Positions 1 to 13,898 of a stretch of 64,000 bases of DNA are shown here, one piece after another; positions within the stretch are counted from its first letter, which is position 1; each line of letters starts with the position of its first letter. The DNA comes from Eledone cirrhosa (lineage: Eukaryota). Below the pieces are notes generated by a model that made no database searches, had not been told where the DNA came from, and saw only the letters and a program-made list of their open reading frames with translations. The translations under genes and the position numbers were made by a program. The stretch spans positions 281,232,001 through 281,296,000 of the forward strand of contig OZ024742.1 in the NCBI GenBank assembly GCA_964016885.1, read 5' to 3'.

Positions 1-466
1 GTGACATGTGGTGCCGAAAACATTTCTCATCCAAATCTCAACAATATCAGTATATACACTAGATTTGCTAGCAGAAAACCGCCCACAGGGTGGTTTTCTG
101 CTAGTCTATATATCTAAAACAGAGAATGTCTGTCTGTCTGTCTGACTCCCTAGAACTCGAGAACCACCCAACCGATTGTTTTAAAACTTTACACATGTAA
201 TACTAATATGGTCGTGTGTGTGTTTGAGCAAAAGAAAATTTCAAACTTTCAATGCACTAGGGACCGCATTAGTCTGTCTTTTTAGATAGATACATAGGTA
301 TAACGTCACGCCCTTATAATATCTGTCTGTATGTCTGGCTGTCTGCATTACGACATTATGATGCTACCTGTGTTTGTGTATATATGTATATATAGTGTGT
401 CTATATATATAGTGTGTAACGTTTTTCGAAATATTTACTTCTGCGTTCACAGTTTGATTTTTTTTT

Positions 467-515
467 ATTTCAGAAGATCCGTTAAAGGTGAAAGCAGCGA
501 TTCTTTGCTTAAACT
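467..515 (+). ncRNA. Hammerhead ribozyme-like motif (type I, A4 variant)
   Basis: ttt-CAGAAGA-TCC-gttaaa-GGT-GAAA-GCA...TGC-T-T-aaa. A second copy lies at 16727-16777 (-). Confidence 0.55.
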
Positions 516-523
516 TTAATCTG

Positions 524-670
<147 letters not shown>

Positions 671-698
671 TAGATAGATATATCAGAGCAGACATCGA

Positions 699-2526
699 TT
701 AACAATAACACCCGGCGACTTGCTCCTTAAAGTCACAAGAGCAATCGACAAGTGCTACCACTCCAGAGTCCAACACGAAAAAAAAACGGCTCAAGCGGAA
801 ATATGAGTGGATCTTGCTTAACCTCCACAACGAAAACACCGACACTAACAAACTGACAGACCAGAACCACGTGAAAAACAGCAACATAACAACCGCCGCC
901 GTCACATCCACCAACACCGAGCCACATTTCAACGATGCGACGCACCTGGTCACCGACTTAACAGGCACCGTCACGAACAACGAGCTGAAACTCCTACGCC
1001 TCGGACCCAAATTCATCGTCTCACAGCGACTCGACGACAAACTCAAACTCGACATCGAAGCCAACTTCTGTCGAGCCTCCTACCAACTTAAATAGGTTAC
1101 CACCATCACCAGCGCCACGGAAAATAACACCGCCCACACAGCCCGCCCCAAGTTCCCAACTTACCACCTCGACAACCCACTTCACCCCCACCCACTAACC
1201 ACGAACTCGACACTAAACTCATTAGTTTAAAGCACTTCATCTCTGATATCCTATACAAACACACACACGCACAACACGCAACCTCACTAAATCTCAACTC
1301 ACCACTCTCTCCAACCTGAAATCGAAGAACCTCATCTACCTCCCCCACGACAAGGGAAAAGAATTCTGCGTCATCAGCACAGAGGCCTACAACACCCTGG
1401 CCCTGCAACACCTTGACGATGACAACCTCTACTCCAAAGTCACAGGAATCACTGCCGCGCATATCGAGAAGCACATCAACGCCGCCTGGACCAACATCTG
1501 TAACCGGCGGAAGCTCCCGAAGAAGCTCAGATACAACATCCTCACGAGGAATAGCAGACTACCCGCCTTCTACCACCTTGTGAAAGCACGCAAACAGGGA
1601 CCCGACCTGTCAAGGTACGTGGACGACATCCTCATCGTCACATCTTCCCAGGAGATGGCGAACGGAATTTATGAGACGTTCAACAACACGGACGAGAATA
1701 TTGATTTTAGTGTTGAACACCCCAACGACGACGGGTCCCTTGCCCTCCTCGACTTCCGAATCAACATCACGGAGCAGGGAGGGATCGACACCAACTTCTA
1801 CCGCAAGGCAGCCTGCAGGGACTTGTTCCTCCACTACAAGTCTACCCTCCCTAGCAGTGCTAAAAGAGGGTACATCACGAACGAGATCGCGCTAATTATA
1901 AACAGATGCAGCGATCCCGTGAGTGGTGTCACCCACACCAAGAGATTCTTCAAAGTGCTGGAGACAAACGGATACACAGCCTCGCTCACAAACAGAGAAA
2001 GAGACACCAGACGGAAGAGGCAGAGAAACATCCAAGACAAGTGCTTCCTTAAAATACCACACCTGGGCGAGAAAACCACCAACGCTATCCGTAGTGCTAT
2101 ATGGAGAGAGGGCCTCGACATCCACCTGGTCCACTCGGGCCCTTCTCTGAGGAGATGCCACTCCAGGATACCGGGAAATCGACTGACGCGTGTTCCCTCA
2201 GAAACTGTCCGATGTGCCATACGAACTGTTGCCTACGCACATACGTTGTATACAACGTCGAACGTGACAAGTGCAACCACTACTATATCGGTAGCACAAC
2301 CCGGCCGCTACATATCCGGATCAAGGAGCACATCAACACCAGGGCCTCGTCTTTCGGGAAACACATAACCAAATGCGGAAACAAAGACGGAAGGCCCATT
2401 GTCACAGTGCTAGCGACAGAAGGCAACGTCGACACGTTACGAATTAAGGAAGCACTTTGGATCAAACGCCTAGGGCCCCAAATGAGTAACCCATCCGAGA
2501 GAAGCGAGATGAGATGGCTGGTATAA
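699..2526 (+). mobile_element. Degenerate, internally deleted Penelope-like retroelement (RT + GIY-YIG)
   Basis: ORF fragments contain LLRLGPKF, RYVDDIL, FSVEHP..LALLDFRI..TNFYRK and VVYNVERDKCNHYYIGSTTRPLHIRIKEH..LRIKEALWIKRLGPQMS. Frameshifts are present, and the central RT motifs are missing between KARKQGP and RYVDD. Confidence 0.9.
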
Positions 2527-3726
2527 ACAAACGAAACAACAACACACGCACACACACACACAGTGGCATTCGAACGATTGGTATTGTGTGTTTAGCACCG
2601 CCTCACCGACCAACAAGCGACCAGGCAAACTACTACCAAACTACTATACTATACTGCTAGTACCAAAAACCAGTACATATAGATAGTACAATAGATTGAC
2701 AGCTAACGCCATCCCATTCCCACAATAAAAAGAACTGCTTCAACCTTTGCTTGACCGTACCTATTCCGCGCGCACGTGCGCTCTACAGAATACCTCAGTT
2801 AGTCACAAACAGCGGACAGCAGAGGACACGTACAGTTCCTCTCGGAGAGATAACCCCCCCCCCCCGTAAAACCCCCCGTAAAATCCGAAATATAGGGACA
2901 ATTAAATCTCTCCCAAGTTATCTCGTGTTATTATTTTTATTTTTTTTATTTTTACGCTCTTTCCTACGTTCCTCTACACACTATACATCTCATTCTACAT
3001 TCCCTTACATCTCTCTCTCTCTCTTCACCACCAGATTCTGTTACCCGGAGATTTACTCATCTGCATTGTTGAGGCTTCCAAAACGACCAAAATAAATAAA
3101 TGTTTAATTATATATTCGATTACAGATATTTTTGCACACACAATAAGAAAATATAAACAAACGTAATTATTTCGTTATAAAGTATTGAATTTCTTCGCAC
3201 GGAAAAAAAAACCCTGGTAATCTACGAGGAATGTTTGTTATAAGCACAAAATGTAGACACCATTCCGAGGCCGAGGTATTCCGTAATTCTCTGTACTGTT
3301 TCAGAAAGGAGGGATAAACATGCCAATCTATGTTTAGAATCCTGAGCAACGCCGGGCCATTGTGCTAGTCGAGACTAATACTTTCACATAGAATTCATTA
3401 TACCAACTGCTTAAGATGATGTGTACTTTGTTCTTGGATGCATCCATTCTTTCACCTGCCATTGTAAAATCCAGCATGGTACAATGAAAACTTTTCTTTC
3501 GTTCTGTCTTTAAATTATCTCACTTCATATTCTTCTGCTTTGTTTCCAACATTGTCGATCTGTAAGCTTTCTGTTGTTTCTATGGTATATCACAATATCA
3601 CAATAGATTATATAGAATATCTCAGCATATTATAAATATATATATATTATATTACAAGTAAAAAAGAAAATGTTGCTCTACATGGCTGAATACAATAAAT
3701 GTAATCTGAGTTTTTCGAATATTAAT

Positions 3727-3834
3727 AATTGTTTCTACTTTTGGCACAAGGCCAGCAATTACCCAGTGTATTACTGGTACATTACTTTATCGACCCTGTA
3801 AGGATGAAAGGCAAAGTTAACCTCGGCGGGATTT
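3727..3834 (-). mobile_element. tRNA-derived SINE, 5'-truncated copy
   Basis: Matches the 3' half of the SINE at 6163-6355. Confidence 0.85.
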
Positions 3835-3950
3835 TCGAATATCAATAACATTCAATTCGTTTGCAATTATGCAAACAAGCCTCAATTTTATAGCCATGTC
3901 AGTAGAATGAACACTTCATTCTTGCTCTTGTGTTGGCATACGAACAGAAC

Positions 3951-3992
3951 TGCAGACACTAATGTTTCCGGATATCGCCCTTCATTAGTACA
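3951..3992 (-). ncRNA. Degenerate hammerhead motif
   Basis: Minus strand reads tgta-CTAATGA-AGGGCGATATCCG-GAAA-CATTAGTG-TC-tgca. Confidence 0.6.
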
Positions 3993-4319
3993 TCTCACTG
4001 TTCACCTGCCAAGCTGTCAGAGCTAGAGAAAATATATACTAATTGCAAACGATTCGAATGTTATTATTAATATTCGAAAAACTCAGATTACATTTATTGT
4101 ATTCAGTCATGTAGAGCAACATTTTCTTTTTTTATTTGAATTTAGCAAAGCCGTCCATTTATCGCTCGCATACAGTAAACTGACTGGAAAGTTTGCTGAT
4201 ATGCAAATCTGGCTGATCAGTGGATCTGCTAACATGCAAATCAGGCCAGTCAGTCACTGTGTATTTTTGAAAATAGCATATATTTTTGTAGCTTTGACAG
4301 TTTGGCAGGTGACAGTGAG

Positions 4320-4363
4320 CTGCATTGCTGAAGGGTGATATCCAGAAACATTAGTGTCTGCAG
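4320..4363 (+). ncRNA. Degenerate hammerhead motif
   Basis: ctgca-TTGCTGA-AGGGTGATATCCA-GAAA-CATTAGTG-TC-tgcag. Every position of the canonical CTGATGA core is present in this copy or in the 3951 copy. Confidence 0.6.
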
Positions 4364-4527
4364 TTCTGTTCGCATGTCAACACAACAGCAAGAATGAAGT
4401 GTTCATTCTACTGACATGGCTATAAAATTGAGGCTTGTTTGCATAATTGCAAACGACTCGAATGTTATTATTAATATTCGAAAAACTCAGATTACATTTA
4501 TTATATTACAGATACACACACACACAC

Positions 4528-4571
<44 letters not shown>

Positions 4572-4573
4572 TT

Positions 4574-4659
<86 letters not shown>

Positions 4660-4803
4660 ATTACAAATAGCTAGATAGATATCACTGAATGATTTATCCG
4701 CATTTATAATGAATTGGTGAAAGTTATAAGTATCACAAAATCCCATTTTTCACAGTTGTTGTTTTGCAAACAAAACTAAATAGTCACATACACTTGAATG
4801 TGT

Positions 4804-4910
<107 letters not shown>

Positions 4911-5449
4911 TCCCCATATATACATAAAATAAATACTTATACATAAATATACAATCATATAATTTAGATGTATGTGTATGTGTCCATGTGTTTACATACG
5001 TATACGTCTGGCTGTAGAAATTTGTTATGGAATATATGCCTTACTTTTGTATAAGTATTTCAATCTATCGGTATTTTTCAAAGGTATGTATTTGAAAATA
5101 TAGAATAATATATTGGATGGCCGGGACAGAAATTCGTTTGATCTTTTTTCAGCTCGATCGTGGCTGACCTGCAGACAAGCAACAATACGATCACCAACAA
5201 GAGCAACCCTGACAACAACACGAACAGTAGCAACAGCAAAAAGAGAACCCCCACCAACAACAACGGCAACAACATAAATAGCAGCAATGTGTTACTATCA
5301 CTGTAACATAACTTGGACAGTTGGAGTAATAATACGCCTTATCTTGATTTTCACTTTTACCTATGTAGTAAGTATTAATTCGAAATGTCAGTAATATATT
5401 TCCTATCCTTTTCATTTATTTGTGTGTGTGCTTATATTGTTTGGTTTAT

Positions 5450-6830
5450 TAATTCCTGACTACTTGTAAATTGCCATGTGCTATGATTCGCTTGTCTCTA
5501 TTTCTTTATCTAACATAATAACAGTGATATTTATTAATTTTCCTGTCTTAAAGGTTCCATAATGGTTATTTTCTAAAAGGAATTTCGTGTCAATTCCTCT
5601 AATAAATCCATGTATTGTCAGTATATGTCTAAATAATTAGCGCCTGGTAGAAATTGTTTGGCGACAGAGAGACCTATCGTCATAAAATTCTAATACAGAT
5701 GCAATCATTTTTAGTAATTCCTTTTATTAGTAGAGCCGTAATTGTTTGCAACTTGCTTATGATATATTTGTGGCATTTACATATTGATAATAACTTAATG
5801 CTTCTGTGTGGGGACAACTAACAAAATCCTTCTAGATGTCAGTCCAAGCTATGCTCAGATCCTCACTAAGCATCGGTAATGACTTTCTTGATATTCACTT
5901 GATCTTTAGAGTTACAGGAGCCTTTGCAGTATCCATTCTGGTTGTCTTTCTGGAATTGAGTATTCTTTACCCGTTAATCATTTAGTCACTGTATTATAAT
6001 TATATTTTCTGCTATAAAGCCTGTAGGCAGGCAGATTTTGGTTGTATATTTTTTTTTTTCTTCAGAGATTAAAATGGTGTTCCTCTCTATGGGCTGCTTT
6101 TTATGATTTTTCTTGCATTAAATATTTTTGCCACCACTTTTGGAATTTCATTATTTCCTGTTGTCGGTGGATTGGCAGTATCAGTAGAGGGTTTGACGCT
6201 ATGCTTTGCGGTATAGAGTTACGGCCCTTTATGATCTGAGTTTAAATCCCGGTGAGATTAATTTTGCCTTTCATCCTTACGGGATCGATAAAATAAAGCA
6301 CCAGTAATACACTGGGATAATTGCTGGCCTTGTGCCAAAAGTAGAAACAATTATTTCTTCTTGTCTATCGGGTAGTCCTTTTCACTGAAGCATGGGTTAC
6401 TTTTTGTGTTGTTCATGTACTTCATTTGTTTCCTTGAACGTTCATGGTGGTCTCCTTCGCAATCCATACTTCTCTCCAAAAGAATTCGACTCCATGTTCT
6501 TATTACAACAGTGATTTCTATTATGCTTACATAGTTACTGATAGCATCGATTTGATTTGTAATGAACGACGTGAGTATTTTGTTGAAATAATCGCTATGG
6601 CTTTTCATATCGACAGATCCTTTTTCAATTTAGCGAGGGTCTCTTGTTTCAGGCATTCTATGATTCCGAGTCCAATTTTGTTTTATTATGTTGTACTTCT
6701 GTAGCATTTGTGTATTTTCGTTATTGCATTTATTAGTAATTAAGTTATCCTTTCTGATTTTTCTGTTTATCCTCATTAATAATATAATTATCATTATGAA
6801 TATTATTACATTTGTTATTAATAGCATTTG
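5450..6830 (-). pseudogene. Ancient, heavily decayed R4/Dong-type RT relic
   Basis: Minus strand near 5950-5800 translates QNGYCKGSCNSKDQVNIKKVI...DLSIAWTDI*KDFVSCPH, matching [22 protein letters not shown]...[18 protein letters not shown] of the element at 37817-38896. Boundaries are approximate. Confidence 0.6.
6163..6355 (+). mobile_element. tRNA-derived SINE with Nin/Deu-like central domain
   Basis: A-box-like GGATTGGCAGTATCAGTAGA, B-box-like GAGTTTAAATCCC, core GCCTTTCATCCTTACGGGATCGATAAAATAAAGCACCAG, tail GTAGAAACAATTATT. About ten copies or fragments occur in the window. Confidence 0.85.
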
Positions 6831-7054
6831 CGGGCCATTTCACACTGGGTTACATGAACCGAATTGAATAACAAGTTGCATATAATAACCTCTATTTCTT
6901 TCTCTTCTACCTTTTCATTAACTGCATATAGACATCTGTGTATGCCTAGAAGGGAAGAAGTCGATGCAAGAGGAAGGTGTCAAATCCCTTAACAAAACAA
7001 AATCAATAATTTGTTATTATAAAACATTCATTAGGCCAGAGGAAATTGAGTGAA

Positions 7055-7460
7055 CTATTTCCGGTATTTAGTCTCGTTCATCACACACATTTGAATTCAA
7101 TATATGTATATCGATCAGGACATCATAATTTTCACTTATGTGCGCTGGAAACGTAAATACACTTAATATAGTACAGAGATCGATATGGCCATATGCGTAA
7201 AATAGAAATCAATATAGTGAGACAGATTCGGTCAAGAATATTCTTCCTTTAGAAAAGATCGACTTTTTTGTAATTAAAAAAGAAACATTAAGAGAAATAT
7301 ACCAATTCCCAATGAATCATAGAAATTCATAACCTTCGGTGTATTTTTTCTTTTTAAATAAGTTTCACTTATTGATCAAACATATAGAGGAATCACTGAA
7401 GTTTAACAGCCATGAACATCAAACTATCACCTTTCTTTGATCTCAACTTTCTGTCAAATA
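7055..7460 (+). repeat. Diverged dispersed repeat, unclassified (second copy about 21080-21500)
   Basis: Shared blocks such as AAATCAATATAGTGAGA and ACATTAAGAGAAATATACCAATT. Confidence 0.6.
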
Positions 7461-8329
7461 TTTCAAAACTAAATAGAAATAATGACTGACGCATCAAAGA
7501 ATAAACTTTTTAATAGACCCTAAACGGACAGTGGGACACAAATATAATACCTGCTAGAAACAACACTATCTGATGTTTCATCCGTCAGTTTTGACATTGA
7601 GCATACATTGTTTTGATCACTTTAAAATCTCACCCGTTAACTTAACGGGTAGGTGGCTGATGTAATTTCACTCTGTTAGACTGATCACAAAGCCACAGAT
7701 TTGTAAAATCAATTTCTGAGACCTACAGACATCTCGACAATTAGATCCTTCTCAAGATATCGAATGATATTTTCTGTGTTATAGCTTTATGTTAGTCAGT
7801 AAAATCCATATCTTATGACATGAAATATGTGACACTTGTCATAGAGATAAAGACGTAAACATTAAATTGCCATCTGGCTGCCGGGTCGGCTACGGGAGTA
7901 GAATATTTCCGCACCCTTATTGTTTTTCTATTTACTCTTTCTTTATTTTTTTCATTGTTTCTCTCTTTCTATCTAACATTATGAGCATACTTCTCGTGGG
8001 TATTCAACAATATATATCAGGCATTGAGTGATCACTTGTTTTTGTACCGGTTGCCAACAAGGCAACGAGGATCGTCGGTCACATGAGGAGAAGTGCATCT
8101 CACCTGAGAAAGGACAACTGCAAAGGAGAATGGTGGATAAAGCTGCCATTTCTGTTTGTATTACGATGTAATACATTTGCATTCTTGCTCTTGAGGACGC
8201 AGCTGAGGAGAGCCGTCCTATTTATTTATTTATTCCTTCCTACATTCCTTCTTTCTTTAGCCGATATTTTTCTATTTATTCATCTCTTTTGCTGTCTAGA
8301 AATATACAAAATTGATATACAAAATGTAT

Positions 8330-8625
<296 letters not shown>

Positions 8626-9044
8626 TAAACATGGCAGTTTTAATGGTATAGTTTCTCCAAACATGGTTTGCGAAATTAAATATTCCAAAATATTGAATCA
8701 ACCAATATTGGAAGACGTTTTTCCGTCTTTAATGAGAAATTCTTTAGATTTTGAGAAAATTTATACAGACCATATCGTAGCAGAGACTACATGGTGTCTC
8801 ACAAGTTACGTTATTATAAGTGTATATATATATATATGGAAAATAATGAAACGAAATTTCATTTCTGACTCTTAGTACGGCTAATACCTAAATATAAGTA
8901 TGTATACGTACATACATATATGTGTACAGACGTACAGTAGTATGTATATATATACATACATGCACACATATATATTTGTACGTATGGGTTGCATATATGT
9001 ATATATATACATACTATTGTGCGTCTCTACACATATATGTATGT

Positions 9045-10366
9045 ACGTCCAACCTAGTCTACGGACTTCGTTGCACGGAGTGCAGCGCGACTTATGTCGG
9101 ACAGACGGGACGTCGCCTGGCGGACCGAGTCACGGAGCACCTCCGTGATATTCGTCTCGGGGGCAGTTCCCCCATCGCCCGCCACTTTGGTGGCCCTGGA
9201 CACTCCGCACGCCATCTCACAGTCTGTGGCCTACTCCAGTGCCACGGAACACCCGCCCATCGCCTTACGGTCGAACAACGCACTATCTTCATCTTACAGA
9301 CCCACACTCCCCCCGGCCTGAACTCCCCACCCTTATTCTTTTAGCGTTCGACCGCCCCCCTCCCCCCACACTTATCCCCCACCAACACCACTAACACACC
9401 CCTCCTTTTCACCGCCCACCCCACACTAACAATACTAACACCTCCAATCCACCCCTCATCTGACCACCCTTCCCCAACTAACATGCTAACATCCCTTCCC
9501 CTTCCCTCCCCTCTTCTCCTCCTCCCCCTCCTTATCACACGCACACACGCACCCACTTACACCACCCACCCCACACGCAACTAACATCACTAACACCGCC
9601 CAACCCCACGCACACGTACACACACACCCTCGTACACCACCAACTCTACACACCCTACCACCACTAACCCCCACTCACACCTGCATTCCACCCCTCCCCA
9701 CCTCCCGTATACTAACACCCACTAACACCTCTTCACCAAACTACACACACACCAGTACACCGCACTCCCTCCATAGAACCACACACACACCCTTCTCTCC
9801 TCGCTCCACACTCACTCATCCCACTAACACCCCTACTAATACACACACACACACACCCACACCCTCCTCACTCCAACTCTCACACCTACCCATCCTCGCC
9901 TCCCCACCATTCCGCCGACTGCTGCTATGCCATTCCGACCACCTCTCAGCACCAACTGACCACAGCACTCCCACTGCTGACCACTTCCTGTTGCGCGCGC
10001 ACCCCACATCTCTCCTCTTCCGACCACCGCTTCTTGGATTACCCACACGCGAAATTGACTTCTAACCAAATCTCCAAACATCCGTGGAAATTACCAACTT
10101 TTCAACCATCCTCTTACACCATCACCTACATAACTCACCCACACACACACCCCCCAAAATTTTTTTTATCCACACGCCACCCCCACCCACAACACGCTTA
10201 AACCACACACACGTGCTTCCCACCACATATTTACACCCTCAGCCTCCTGATTCCTCTCCCCCCCACCCCCCTATCCACACACGCACAGACACTCCGACCC
10301 ACAAAAACACCCCCCACACACTCCTTCCTGAACATGCAACCCCGTTCTTCCCCCAACCCTCACTTT

Positions 10367-10404
<38 letters not shown>

Positions 10405-10812
10405 ACCACACACACCACCTTCAGCCCTCCCCGCTCGGACACCCCGTCTCCCTCTCCCCACTCCACCCGCCACCATCCCTACTCACCCCACACCCTTCCA
10501 CAACCTGTTTACACCCCTTTTAATTTCAGTTTATTTTGATCATGCCTTTATTTTCAAATTTTCTCATTCCTTGTATTTTGATCATGCTTTATTTTTATTT
10601 ATTATATTTTTTGTCTTTATTTGTTAATTTTTCATTCGCACCGTTTCCTTACGCTATATGTCTCTCCACCACTCCCCTACACACCTTTTGAACTCTGTTC
10701 CCACACACTTCTCACCTGAAGAAGGGCTTATGCCCGAAACGTCATCCCCCACCTACCCCCCACTCTCCTGAGCGTGAATTTAATAAACATATATTGTACT
10801 GCCTCTCTGTTC
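9045..10812 (+). mobile_element. 5'-truncated Penelope-like element: GIY-YIG fragment plus long C-rich 3' region with hammerhead
   Basis: ORF 8922-9344 contains SNLVYGLRCTECSATYVGQTGRRLADRVTEH..EQRTIFILQTHTPPGLN. Same family as 52436-55460 (-). Confidence 0.9.
10711..10745 (+). ncRNA. Minimal type I hammerhead motif of a Penelope pLTR
   Basis: CTGAAGA-A-GGGC-ttat-GCCC-GAAA-CG-TC with palindromic ACGT helix III and AATAAA about 40 nt downstream. Helix I is weak. Confidence 0.75.
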
Positions 10813-10831
10813 TGTCCCTGTTCAATTTTTC

Positions 10832-10972
<141 letters not shown>

Positions 10973-11740
10973 CGAATGAAATGTAGTAAGGAACCAGGTG
11001 GACCATAACGCACCAAAGTACTCAATACTTAGGGTAGTAGAGTGGGTAATAGGAACAAATAAGACCCCGACGGGAATTAGCCATCGAAACGGCTTGAGCT
11101 CAGCCGTCGGGGTCTTATGTTCCTATATATATATATGTATAGTGGCGGACTGGGTCTAAAAGTATCGGTTGCCAGATGAAGGGGGCCCACCTACATATAG
11201 AATGCTATCATTTAATTTTTATAATGAATAAATAATATTTTCGAAAAATACATATGTGCCATCAAATTGTTGCGGAATAATATCTTAACTTCTCCAATAA
11301 GAATGTTACGTATTTTGCGAAATCCAGAGACATTCAATAATGATCAGTTCGATCCTGGTCGGGAGTAGGGTCCCAGTAATCCTTTTCTGTTTTGTTCTAT
11401 TGGTTATAAAATAAAAACTGAAAAGGTTTACATGTACCTCTTGATCAGGATTTAACCCAAGGTCAGGATCTCCACCTTCACTAGTACGTAGGCCACAGAG
11501 ACAACTACGAAAATCTTATGAACATTCATACTTATAAACCTACTTTCAAAACTTTGAAAACAAAGTGTAGTGGTGTCGTTCATATCTTTTTAATTGTTAT
11601 TGCTCCTACTTAAGGTTGACTTCTAAATCATTTGGGTGTTCTATCCTCGTTTTGTTTCACATCTATCTAGACGATATTTTAACATGTAATCTATGTTTCA
11701 TTTCTGTTGCAACTCATTTCTCCCGCCACCCCACCCAGCC

Positions 11741-11765
11741 CCTCTCTCTCTGTCTCTCTCTCTCT

Positions 11766-11859
<94 letters not shown>
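11741..11859. repeat. (CT)n microsatellite
   Basis: Direct reading. Confidence 0.95.
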
Positions 11860-11860
<1 letters not shown>

Positions 11861-11914
11861 GTTAATTCAAACTTACAATGACTGGCATTATATATAACTA
11901 TATATATATGTAAA

Positions 11915-12217
11915 ATAAAAAACGAAAGATCAGTGATGCTCTGAAATCGATTTATTGTGTGTTACAATTGTTTCGCCGGCGGACAGCTCCAGACACGATC
12001 ATTGTGTGGATCTGTCTGATTTGGGATCTGCAGGTTCGAGCAGATTCTCTCCCAGTGAGAGAATTTGCTCCGAAATCATTAGACGTGTCCGCCGAACATG
12101 CGGATCCAGAATCAGACAGATCCACACAATGAGCGTGTCTCGAGCTGTCCACCGGCGAAACAATTGTAACACACATTAAATTGAGTTCAGATGCATCACT
12201 GATTTTTCGTTTTTTAT
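11915..12217. repeat. Fold-back element with about 120-bp arms, each carrying a hammerhead-like remnant
   Basis: 11915-12036 is the imperfect reverse complement of 12093-12217. Arms read gtgt-CT(G/C)GA-GCTG..CGGC-GAAA-CAATTG-TA-acac. Confidence 0.75.
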
Positions 12218-12300
12218 TATATCATACTCTGTTCTGTAAGAACATAGAGTTCTCAACCGGCATACCGCCTATGGAAGCATCTTGGCTAACATCAGAACAT

Positions 12301-12371
<71 letters not shown>

Positions 12372-12517
12372 TATATAAGACAAAAATATGAAATCGAAGA
12401 TGCAACTGGAGTCTTTTTTTTTTAAATATTTATTTGGTTCCTTTACCGGTTTCGCAGTTCTTGTGTTTTTCAGAAGTAGAATTGATCTGGAGGGTTTGTG
12501 GTTTTTATATATATATA

Positions 12518-12746
12518 CAGTGGCGGAATAGGTTTAAAAATATTGTTTGCCAGATGAAGGTGACCCACCTATATACACATTACTATCATTTAATTTTTAT
12601 AATGAATAAATAACATTCTCAAAAAATAAATAATCGGAAACAAAACAGTACAATCAAATTTTTACGGGAAAATATCTTACCTTCTCCAGTAAAAATATTA
12701 TGTATTTTGTGAAATCCAGAGACTTTAAATAATGACCTTTGGTTTT

Positions 12747-12794
<48 letters not shown>

Positions 12795-13697
12795 TATATA
12801 TATATAGATAGATAGATATATGTGTGTGTCTCTGTATGTGTATATCTCTCTCTCTCTATATATATATATATATGTATATAGATATATACCACCTTCACAA
12901 CTAATCGATTTGATAGAAGTCTTTAACCCATTGATACCAAATATAATTTGTCAGTAGAGCGTGTGTTAATTGCTCTGGTTTCTTCTTAATCCATTGAGCG
13001 CTTGCCGGCAAATCTAGAAGGTGCGTTTCGTTTTGTTTTGGCACCGCTGAAATACGATGTCGCTGAAATTATATTCGTATTAATCTCTCGGGCCTAGCAA
13101 TTAGTTAGTTAATTCAATTAGACAATTCTGTTAACTGATTAATTGCTTAAATTTATTTTAAAACAACCCGGTCGAGAGCTTACTTCGATTTGTGCAGATT
13201 TTTGCAGTTTTTTTGCAATTCCTTTACACATTTTAAATGCACCCGCCAAAAACCGGTGTTACCTCCCTTGCAGAGTAACCACGTCGGGTAGTGAATTCAT
13301 TTCTACCTCATTAGAACCCGGTAGGTGGTTGAGAACAGAAAACCTGTTGACGAAAGGGCTACCTTGTTCCATCTTATACCAAAAGTATTCAACGAGAGCA
13401 GACAGTTTACTTGATTTACTTAAGATTCACAGAAACCTCCCATTGGATTTTACCACCATTTTCCAGGAAGGTCCAGGTAATAATTTGATAACCTGTTTAA
13501 CTTCTTCCTTTTTTTGGCTAAATGCGTTGCTTAATTGTTTTATTTTATTTTATTCTTTCTGTTAGACTTCAGGTATTTTTTCGAAGCAAAGCATTGGCCG
13601 TTAAAATACTACAGTGGACCATGCATTGCTACTGTGAGCTCTTCCAATGCTACCACTTGCAATTGGGCGACCTGGCAACCTAGCAATTCCGCCACTG
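12518..13697. mobile_element. Putative non-autonomous DNA transposon (hAT-like TIR) inserted in (TA)n
   Basis: 12-bp terminal inverted repeat CAGTGGCGGAAT (12518) / ATTCCGCCACTG (13686-13697), both abutting TA runs. A second left-end copy lies at about 11140-11345. Confidence 0.5.
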
Positions 13698-13703
13698 TAT
13701 ATA

Positions 13704-13813
<110 letters not shown>

Positions 13814-13818
13814 ATACT

Positions 13819-13898
<80 letters not shown>

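Larger units (their letters stand above)
3660..4503. mobile_element. Fold-back non-coding element carrying two inverted hammerhead motifs, interrupted by a SINE
   Basis: 3835-4025 is the reverse complement of about 4290-4480, and 3660-3725 is the reverse complement of about 4070-4135. The element is flanked by (TA)n/(CA)n. Confidence 0.75.

Noticed and set aside
3068-3095. TTGTTGAGGCTTCCAAAACGACC before AATAAA, a possible hammerhead of the first Penelope element
   Set aside because: Too many core mismatches and no helix I.
6163-6260. A-box and B-box motifs suggesting a tRNA gene
   Set aside because: They are the head of a multicopy SINE; no cloverleaf is evident.
12441-12476. Minus-strand ctt-CTGAAAA..GAAACCGGTA-aag
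   Set aside because: Probably a decayed hammerhead, but it has a C3-A8 mismatch and a broken helix II, so it is not listed as a supported feature.
13143-13565. 140-aa ORF as a possible host exon or transposase
   Set aside because: TTG start and no recognisable motif; it lies inside a putative non-autonomous DNA element.
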